From a virus (taxonomy: Duplodnaviria; Caudoviricetes), in the IMG/VR virus record IMGVR_UViG_3300037424_000179, positions 1 through 42,754 of that record: a stretch of DNA of 42,754 nucleotides; one strand, given 5' to 3'. The notes under the pieces were generated by a model. It worked only from the letters and a program-made list of their open reading frames with translations. It had not been told where the DNA came from and ran no database searches. Positions 35,816 to 42,754 of the stretch are shown piece by piece (position 1 is the stretch's first letter; each line of letters opens with the position of its first letter). A program made the translations under genes and the position numbers.

Positions 35816-36589
35816 ATGTCAGGTAACAATCAAAACGCATATGCAAAGCCAAGCAGGATGCTCTTAGGCGTAGGGGATTTATACATCGATGATGTATTCG
35901 TTGGCAATCTCAAGGGTGCTGTTAATTTAACGGTCACCAGAGGATACGCTTATCAGCGACCAGGAAATAACATCGCAGACATTAAAGGCGAGGTAACATC
36001 AGAAGAGGTGATGATGACCGCAGAAATTTGCGATCTCAAAGTGGATCAGTTAAGACGGGCATTTGGTATTGACCAGGCCGTTATATCTGAATCCAAGACC
36101 ATTCGTAAACGACAGATACTTAAATTGTCTGGAGTTGCGCCAACCTCTTTAACTGAGAGTGCCATATACGGGACGGTAAAAGTTTCTTCGATGGATCGTG
36201 AAACTAGCTATGTATCTGGAACGGATTATCGTTTGAGTGGTTCACCTTTTGATATTGGAAGGGTTGCGTTGGGATCTATCACAGACGGACAATATGTGGC
36301 CGTTGAATATGACTTTTCAGATGCCGGAGCAAAAGCGGTTCTATTCGGTGGAGAAACCAAAACCCCAAACACATTCCGAATTGACTATACGCATTTAGAC
36401 TCCGACGGGAAAACGTGGCAGATTACTTTTTACAAAGCAATGGTGAATACTGATTTCGCTATGGCTTTCAATGAAAGAGAATCCGGAGACTATACGATCC
36501 ACAACATCAGCTTCAAAGCCTTGGTTGACACAACTAAACCAGAAGGCCAAAACCTATACGAGATAATTCAGGAAGATGGGGCTGTATAA
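35816..36589 (+). CDS. Major tail tube protein with an inserted beta domain
   Basis: MLLGVGDLYI, GNLKGAV, ITFYKA, ISFKAL; insert containing YVSGTDY..GSITDGQ.V.VEY. Confidence 0.8.
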   Translation: MSGNNQNAYAKPSRMLLGVGDLYIDDVFVGNLKGAVNLTVTRGYAYQRPGNNIADIKGEVTSEEVMMTAEICDLKVDQLRRAFGIDQAVISESKTIRKRQILKLSGVAPTSLTESAIYGTVKVSSMDRETSYVSGTDYRLSGSPFDIGRVALGSITDGQYVAVEYDFSDAGAKAVLFGGETKTPNTFRIDYTHLDSDGKTWQITFYKAMVNTDFAMAFNERESGDYTIHNISFKALVDTTKPEGQNLYEIIQEDGAV

Positions 36590-36663
36590 AAAAATTAAAG
36601 TAATGGTGTCCACGGCCGCCAAGATATTTATGGTGGATAGAGACATGAAAGGAGCAGAGCAAT

Positions 36664-37761
36664 ATGCCAACTCCAATGGATGTTCAGGCAGATGAATTTA
36701 GAAGTGCTGGAATCCCTATTAAGATGGGGATTAAGACCGCTAAGAATGAGAAAGGAAAAGGCGACTTGCCAAAAGACTTCTCTGACATAGCCAGTAATAC
36801 GTGGCTTCTCAGGTGGGCAAGACATTCGGCACAGAATTATCCAATCGTATTAAGGTCTGACGGTGTCCGGTTTTTAACGGGTGCTTGTACCAAGATTCCC
36901 GCTTTCGTTGTTGGGATAGGGCCAAGCCTCGATGCCAATATTGAAGAACTGAAACGAGCATATAGGAGAGCGATCATCATTGCCACGGATGCGTCGCTTT
37001 ATCCGCTCCTTGCTAAAGGCATTAAGCCGGACATCGTCATCAATTTTGATTGCCAGAGGGATCAGAAAACCCTCTGGGAAAACTTACCTAAGAATGCAGG
37101 TGACATCACTTTGATTGCCAACTCCTGCTGCCACCCCAATATTTTTAAATCCTATCCAGGGCCATTGATGTTCTATAACCAATGGCACAAAAAGGATGTA
37201 TTCGTTGACCGCCTTCTCCCGTATATCTTCCCACACTTGGGCGACCTCCCGAGCGTCGGGACAGTCGGGAACATGGGAATTATGTTGGCCTCTAAGATGG
37301 GATGCGATCCGATTATGACAGTTGGAATGGATCTCTGTTACCAGAAGAAAGGTGATGGGTGGCAGTACAGATGCGAAGATTACCGATATGGGAAGGATTA
37401 CATGGAGGTATATGGATGGATGAAACGGGAGAATAAAACGCTCTATGATAACGATGAACGGGTTAAACGGTCTTATGAAAAGAAGATCGGTGAGAACGTA
37501 TACCGCATTGACCCCGAGCTGGATGCCTACCAGGAGTGCCTTGTCGGGCTGACCGATGGCCTCCGAATGAAGATAATCGACTGTTCCATTGAAGGAATCT
37601 TAAGAGAATATTTTAGAAACATATCTATAACACAAGCCATAAATGAATTCTGTACTGAGGAATTGAGCGAGGGAAGAACATCTCTTTTCCGCTTGAAGGA
37701 TCTTGTGAAGGACGGGAGAAAACAATGGGGGGAAGATTCAAAAAATGGTCACAGCTATTAG
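36664..37761 (+). CDS. Maf/DUF115 (MAF_flag10, MptE-like) family putative glycosyltransferase
   Basis: AFVVGIGPSL, IIIATDAS, GIKPDIVINFD, GTVGNMG..LA..MGCDPIMTVGMDLCY. Confidence 0.82.
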   Translation: MPTPMDVQADEFRSAGIPIKMGIKTAKNEKGKGDLPKDFSDIASNTWLLRWARHSAQNYPIVLRSDGVRFLTGACTKIPAFVVGIGPSLDANIEELKRAYRRAIIIATDASLYPLLAKGIKPDIVINFDCQRDQKTLWENLPKNAGDITLIANSCCHPNIFKSYPGPLMFYNQWHKKDVFVDRLLPYIFPHLGDLPSVGTVGNMGIMLASKMGCDPIMTVGMDLCYQKKGDGWQYRCEDYRYGKDYMEVYGWMKRENKTLYDNDERVKRSYEKKIGENVYRIDPELDAYQECLVGLTDGLRMKIIDCSIEGILREYFRNISITQAINEFCTEELSEGRTSLFRLKDLVKDGRKQWGEDSKNGHSY

Positions 37762-38860
37762 TGAAAAAGGAGTTAAATGTAACGATCTTCAATGTCAGGT
37801 TCACACAGTGGACGCTGTTAGAAGATCTCTGGAGCCTCGTAACGTTCCGGAAAAGACGATGTCTGTCCTTCATCTCACAACCACCGACCCTGCCGGCGCA
37901 GGATACAACCTTGTCCAAGCCCTCCAAAGATACACTTGTGCGAGCGCACGGATCTTTACATCCCACCCAAACGTCTACGGACACCCAGAAGATATAGGGA
38001 CGGTATACGATTACTATGACGAACTAGAACAATTGTTGCTTGATGCAGACGTTCTCCACTTCCATAAGATCAATGAGGACTATGAGATTGGCCTCCCATT
38101 AAACTCATCAAGAAAAAGGTCTTGGAGAATAAAAGATTTCCTTACCCTCCGAAAACAAAAGGCACTCGTTTATCACATTCACGGACATCCTTTCGAGCGG
38201 AAAAATCCAGTCGAAAATGGAAAACAGTATTCTGAAAAGAAAGCTCGTTTGCTCGCCAGCACCCCCGATTTGGAAGCACTTTATAAACCACATTGCGATG
38301 TTGAATACTTCCCAAACTGTGTGCCGCAGGATGATCTTCTTTATGCTCCACGTGGAACAAATAAGATGCTGACTGATTCAAAAGGATTAACCAGATACAT
38401 TGTGGCGCATACGGTTAGCGTCCCGAGCCTTAAAAACGTGGCACAGATTGAAGAGGCGGTCAGATATGTATCCAGAACAAAGCCTGTCAACTATTTACAG
38501 CTTTCTGATATGCCATTCGATAAGGTTATGAGGGTTAAGAGACACTCACATATCATCTTCGACCATATGCAAGGATATTATGGCCTCGCCTCCCTTGAAG
38601 GATTTAGCCTTGGGAAGCCAGTCATCTGTGGGATTAACGATTACAATATCAAGGCGGTCTGCAACTTCTTTGGCATAGGGGATTCCCACCCTTGGCAGAT
38701 AGCGAGGACGCTTCAAGAGCTTAAAGATACCCTTATGGATTTAATTTCTAACCCTGAAATGATGGATGCTGTTGGGTGGCAAGGCAGACAGTTTATGGAA
38801 AATACATGGAGTGATAAGAATGTCGCAACCAGATTGGCCCAAATCTATTCCTCCCTTTAG
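37745..38860 (+). CDS. GT-B fold (GT4-like) glycosyltransferase
   Basis: DPAGAGY, ADVLHFH, YFPN, IIFDHMQGYYGLASLEGFSLGKPVI, GRQFMENTWS. Confidence 0.8.
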   Translation: MVTAISEKGVKCNDLQCQVHTVDAVRRSLEPRNVPEKTMSVLHLTTTDPAGAGYNLVQALQRYTCASARIFTSHPNVYGHPEDIGTVYDYYDELEQLLLDADVLHFHKINEDYEIGLPLNSSRKRSWRIKDFLTLRKQKALVYHIHGHPFERKNPVENGKQYSEKKARLLASTPDLEALYKPHCDVEYFPNCVPQDDLLYAPRGTNKMLTDSKGLTRYIVAHTVSVPSLKNVAQIEEAVRYVSRTKPVNYLQLSDMPFDKVMRVKRHSHIIFDHMQGYYGLASLEGFSLGKPVICGINDYNIKAVCNFFGIGDSHPWQIARTLQELKDTLMDLISNPEMMDAVGWQGRQFMENTWSDKNVATRLAQIYSSL

Positions 38861-39620
38861 AGGAAACCCTCCCGATGATACGGTGGGGATTGTTATTCCG
38901 TTAAAGGACAATCTCAAATTCTTTAAACTGGCCTTTCATTCCGTCCTTAGTTTTACCGACCACCCCTATATGCTGACCGTCGTTGACAATATGTCATCCA
39001 TGTCCACCCGTACATATTTGGAATCCATCAGAAAGAATCACCCGATCAATGTGATCCGATACCAGAAGGAGTTTAACTTCTCCGCAGAAATAAATTCCGG
39101 AATGAACTATATGTTTAAGAACTCTGGTGTAAAATATGGTCTGGCGTTGAATTCGGACGTGGTGGTTGAACCTGGTTGGCTGTCCAATATGGTGCAGATG
39201 ATAAACGGGAATCCGAAATGGGGGATCTCAGGGCCAGTTTCAAACATAGCCATCAATTCACAGGAAGGCAGAAAGGGCAGAGACATCATAGCGACTGATT
39301 ACGTTTCAGGATTCTGTATGTTGTTCAAGAGAGAAGTCTATGAAACACTTAATGGGTTCGATGAAAACTATCATGGTGGGTGCTACGAGGACAGGGATTT
39401 TTGTTACAGAGCATCCAATCTTGGATGGAGATCTATTGTTGATACGTCGGTGTACATACATCACTTCTGGAAGGCAACCCGTCGATCCGACCCAAGATCG
39501 GAAACTCAAGTTGTGGAGAATCGAAACAGATTTTTTAGCAAATTCCCTATTCTCACCAAAGATCCCATTCCTACGAATAGTATTGTCAAGAGAGAATTTA
39601 AAACTTCGGATATATTATGA
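38820..39620 (+). CDS. GT2 family glycosyltransferase
   Basis: Start ATG 38820; IVIP, VVDNMS, NFSAEINSG, LNSD, SGFCML, GFDE..YEDRDFCYRA. Confidence 0.9.
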   Translation: MSQPDWPKSIPPFRGNPPDDTVGIVIPLKDNLKFFKLAFHSVLSFTDHPYMLTVVDNMSSMSTRTYLESIRKNHPINVIRYQKEFNFSAEINSGMNYMFKNSGVKYGLALNSDVVVEPGWLSNMVQMINGNPKWGISGPVSNIAINSQEGRKGRDIIATDYVSGFCMLFKREVYETLNGFDENYHGGCYEDRDFCYRASNLGWRSIVDTSVYIHHFWKATRRSDPRSETQVVENRNRFFSKFPILTKDPIPTNSIVKREFKTSDIL

Positions 39621-40159
39621 CTGTTGAAATTTATAAACAATTCAAGGAGATGCTGAAAGATGAAAGTGACATCCAAGGACACCTGGAGTTTATCAACAGA
39701 GAATCCTGCGGTATTATCCTGGAGTGCGGTGTCCGTGACGGCTATTCCACGACAGCATTACTACTCGGGGTGGACAATGGACGGGGACATTTGTTCTCAG
39801 TCGATAGAAATAATTCTTGCGAAAGGCACTTCCCAAACCATAAAGACTGGACATTCATTAACGCCTATTCAACAGACGAAAAGAAAATATCGGAAGCCGT
39901 CCTTGGCCAAGGTTATCCAGTCCTCTTTGATCTCATCTTCCTCGATACAGAACACACCTATGAGATCGTCTACCAGGAGCTTGCATTATGGTCTGGACAC
40001 CTTAAGCCAAATGGGAAAATACTCATTCACGATGTCACAACATACCACCAAGGAGCCGGAAGAGCCTGTCAATATTTTGCACAAAGAGAGAAGTGGGATT
40101 ACCAAATCCGAGAAGGATGGAACGGATTAGGAATCTTAAAACGAAAGGAGAAAAAATAA
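39617..40159 (+). CDS. Class I SAM-dependent methyltransferase (Methyltransf_24-like)
   Basis: ILECGVRDGYST, FSVD, FDLIFLDTEHTYE, LKPNGKILIHD. Confidence 0.88.
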   Translation: MTVEIYKQFKEMLKDESDIQGHLEFINRESCGIILECGVRDGYSTTALLLGVDNGRGHLFSVDRNNSCERHFPNHKDWTFINAYSTDEKKISEAVLGQGYPVLFDLIFLDTEHTYEIVYQELALWSGHLKPNGKILIHDVTTYHQGAGRACQYFAQREKWDYQIREGWNGLGILKRKEKK

Positions 40160-40587
40160 TGACAACAGCAGTCGAGTCAACAGAACTCAAGTCAACAGAA
40201 CTCAAATTAAAACCTGGGATGACAATTGAAAAAGTTATTGGTGATAAGACTTTATTTCTTAAGCCAATCCCCTATGGAAGATTAAAAGACTTGGTGAAAG
40301 TTATTTTTAAAGCCATGGATCAATTCGTGAATATGTCCAATAAAGATATTTTTATTCAATTCCCAAAAGTGTTTGAAGAAAATCTTCCTAAGATTATGCC
40401 TTTGATGTTTTCCTCCAAGGAACACCCGTTTTTAAATTCGGATTGGATTGATGAAAATATGTCGCTTGTAGATATGAGGGATATCATCGAGAAGATGATT
40501 ATAATTAATGGGTTAGAAGATTTTTTAGGTCAAAAGGGGAAGCTAAAGATAGAAGCAAGCCTCCCCGGGATTCAGCAGAACAAATAA
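40159..40587 (+). CDS. Tail assembly chaperone (gpG-like)
   Basis: ATG 40159 after AAGGAG; lies before the TMP; slippery T TTT TTA at 40521-40527. Confidence 0.75.
   Translation: MTTAVESTELKSTELKLKPGMTIEKVIGDKTLFLKPIPYGRLKDLVKVIFKAMDQFVNMSNKDIFIQFPKVFEENLPKIMPLMFSSKEHPFLNSDWIDENMSLVDMRDIIEKMIIINGLEDFLGQKGKLKIEASLPGIQQNK
40175..40204 (+). repeat. 15-bp tandem duplication AGTCAACAGAACTCA x2 (STELK-STELK)
   Basis: Directly visible. Confidence 0.9.
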
Positions 40588-40838
40588 CTTCCCCAGGATT
40601 CCTGGGAGAACTTTTCATTTATCACTTATTAGGAATGACATACGGATGGACAACAAGAGAAACGGACAGATTAACACTCCCAACAATATTGGGGCTGATG
40701 GAGCAGATGCGGGAACTACCACCTGTGAGCGTGATCTTGAAAGGCATATTGAAGCCTACAACGACGCAACCGCTTTCGCAACAATTGGGTTCTGCTGGAA
40801 TGAATATGATGAAAGGAAAAGTGAAAAGGAGAAAATAG
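40521..40838 (+). CDS. -1 frameshift extension of the tail assembly chaperone (gpGT-like)
   Basis: The -1 frame is open from the heptamer to TAG 40838 and includes ORF 40635..40838 (YGWT...LTLP). Confidence 0.75.
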   Translation, partial: FFRSKGEAKDRSKPPRDSAEQITSPGFLGELFIYHLLGMTYGWTTRETDRLTLPTILGLMEQMRELPPVSVILKGILKPTTTQPLSQQLGSAGMNMMKGKVKRRK

Positions 40839-40841
40839 ACA

Positions 40842-42599
40842 ATGGCCACTAACGCAGGCGCACTCATTGTTGACATCCAAGCAAACATTGGTAAATTTAA
40901 ATCCAATCTTGAAGAAGCCAAGAAAGGATTAAAAGGTTTTGCCAATAACACCAAGAGTTTTATTGCTAATCATAAACTTCTTATTGCCGGAGCCGTTGCC
41001 AGTGTTGGAGCCGGTATTGCAAAGACCATTAAGGCTTATGGCGAAGAGGAATTGGCCGTTGCCAAACTAGATCAGGCCCTCAGAAACCAAGGGAAATATT
41101 CTCAACAAGTTTCAAAAGACCTCCAAGATTTTGCTTCATCTATTCAAAAAGTAACAACCTACGGAGATGAGGCCGTCATATCACTTCAGGCCCAATTAAT
41201 CGCTTTCGGATTAGAAGGCGATGAATTAAAAAAATCAACCAAAGCCACTCTCGATTTAGCGGCCGCAAAAGAAATCGATTTAAAAAGTGCGGCTGACCTC
41301 GTCGGAAAAGCCTTCGTTGGTGAAACAGGAACTCTCTCCAGATATGGGATCATCCTCGATAAAGGAATTCCTAAGACCCAGAAATTTTCCAATGCGCTAG
41401 AAAAAATGAATGCCATGTTTGGAGGACAGGCGGAGGCCCAAAGAAAAACAACTCTCGGGCAATTAACCGCTTTGGGTAATACATTTGGTGACCTTCAAGA
41501 AACAATTGGATCTTTAATTGCCGGACAAGGTAATTCTTTAATCACTGTCCTCGATTCATGGATTTTGAATTTGGATAAATCTTTGAAGGCAATACGAGAT
41601 CAAACTATTGCCTGGGGTGGATTCGGTGAAACAATGAAGCGAGTAGGGTTGGAAATGTTGCGTGAAGTAATGAAGATGTTGATAAACATTTCCAATAGCA
41701 TGTTTACACTCGGCCCTATTTTCAAACTTTTGAAGATTGATATTGACGCTGTTAAATTAAGCGTGGATGCTCAAGTTGATGCCTGGCAAGCAGAGATTAA
41801 TAATTCTCAAAGGAGTGCTGTTGTCACTCAGGAAGGGGAATTAAAAAAGCAAGAGGCGGTAAAAGAAACAACGGCAGTAATCACCGAGGATGAAAAGAAA
41901 AGGAATGAGGAAATCCTCCGTATTGCTGATGCCAGGATTAAACGATGGCAGGATGACAATGCTAAGAAGATGGAATTGGAGCGTGATCTTGCCGAGAAAT
42001 TAAAAGAACAATCTGAATACTGGACAACCTTTGCCAAGGATCAGGCCAATTCAATGTTCGATCAATTCGGGCAGGGTGTTGCCGATATGATTCTCGAAGC
42101 AAGAAAATTCTCTGATGTCATCAAACAGATTTGGAAAGATATTGCCAGAGCCGTAATTGCCGAGATTGCCAAGATGATTGCTAAGTGGATTGCCTTTCAA
42201 ATCCTTACGGGAGGAGCAGGAGGAGGATTTGCATCTGCATCGAGTTTCTTTGGAGGGATGGCTTCCGGCGGTGTAATTGCGGAGCCGTCTATTATTACAG
42301 GGATGCGCTCTGGGAAATCCTTTGTTGCCGGAGAAGCCGGCAATGAGGCGGTCGTCCCTTTGAAGGAGATGACTCACGCTGGAAGCAATAGGCAAATGGA
42401 CATGCGTGGATTTGGTTCTCTTGCTGGTTCAGGCGGTGGAGGGATGAGCGTTACTGTAAATATTTCCGGCCAATTCATTGAAGGGGATCAATCAAAATGG
42501 CAAAGTTTGATTAAGAATAAAATCGTGCCTGAGATTAGACGCTGGACACAATCAAATCCGAATGGGCCATTTGAAAGAAAGAGAGGATCACTTACATGA
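40842..42599 (+). CDS. Tape measure protein
   Basis: GALIVDIQAN start, ASSIQKVTTYGDE, Ala/Lys-rich helices, C-terminal MASGG..AGEAGNEAVVPL. Confidence 0.92.
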   Translation: MATNAGALIVDIQANIGKFKSNLEEAKKGLKGFANNTKSFIANHKLLIAGAVASVGAGIAKTIKAYGEEELAVAKLDQALRNQGKYSQQVSKDLQDFASSIQKVTTYGDEAVISLQAQLIAFGLEGDELKKSTKATLDLAAAKEIDLKSAADLVGKAFVGETGTLSRYGIILDKGIPKTQKFSNALEKMNAMFGGQAEAQRKTTLGQLTALGNTFGDLQETIGSLIAGQGNSLITVLDSWILNLDKSLKAIRDQTIAWGGFGETMKRVGLEMLREVMKMLINISNSMFTLGPIFKLLKIDIDAVKLSVDAQVDAWQAEINNSQRSAVVTQEGELKKQEAVKETTAVITEDEKKRNEEILRIADARIKRWQDDNAKKMELERDLAEKLKEQSEYWTTFAKDQANSMFDQFGQGVADMILEARKFSDVIKQIWKDIARAVIAEIAKMIAKWIAFQILTGGAGGGFASASSFFGGMASGGVIAEPSIITGMRSGKSFVAGEAGNEAVVPLKEMTHAGSNRQMDMRGFGSLAGSGGGGMSVTVNISGQFIEGDQSKWQSLIKNKIVPEIRRWTQSNPNGPFERKRGSLT

Positions 42600-42754
42600 A
42601 CTATGCTTTTAACGATTTTGCTTTTAACGATGCCCCATTTAATGATCAGTCAATAGCGGAAGGGCCTGCCCCAGAGCATTACATTCTTTTCAATCAAACT
42701 GGAATAATGATCAATTGGACTGGTGATGAATATGCAATCAATTATCAATTACAG
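42596..42754 (+). CDS. 5' part of the putative distal tail protein (continues in 1..724)
   Basis: ATG overlaps the TMP stop; MNYAFNDFAFNDAPFNDQ... Confidence 0.7.
   Translation, partial: MNYAFNDFAFNDAPFNDQSIAEGPAPEHYILFNQTGIMINWTGDEYAINYQLQ
42628..42754. repeat. Second copy of the 127-bp terminal repeat
   Basis: Identical to 1-127. Confidence 0.95.

Noticed and set aside
1-42754. Alternative genetic code (stop-codon reassignment)
   Set aside because: Standard code gives full-length terminase, portal, capsid and TMP with tight packing; TAA, TGA and TAG all serve as stops

Overview
This window is a complete, circularly assembled dsDNA tailed-phage genome, probably a siphovirus because no sheath gene is visible. 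Bases 1-127 are repeated exactly at 42628-42754, giving a unit length of 42,627 bp. All credible genes are on the + strand. The order is: tail tip and multiple fibre/receptor-binding paralogs (42596-7818, across the junction); lysis and nuclease genes (7819-11132); a ~650-bp ORF-free, stem-rich region with a DnaA box followed by RNase HI (11563-12636); recombination, DNA-modification and small early genes (12733-22130); terminase, portal, head and a long set of accessory head genes (22213-34370); connectors and tail tube (34371-36589); a four-gene glycosyl/methyl-transferase cassette inside the tail operon (36664-40159); and frameshifted tail chaperones plus tape measure (40159-42599). I recognise no integrase, replication initiator, helicase, primase or polymerase. 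The best candidates for new biology are (1) a putative structured primer/origin RNA coupled to RNase HI, suggesting Rep-independent, ColE1-like replication; (2) a terminator loop complementary to an AACCTGGAGG ribosome-binding motif repeated before early genes; and (3) a Maf/GT4/GT2/methyltransferase cassette that may glycosylate the virion. Product calls come from motif recognition by eye; no database search or folding program was run.
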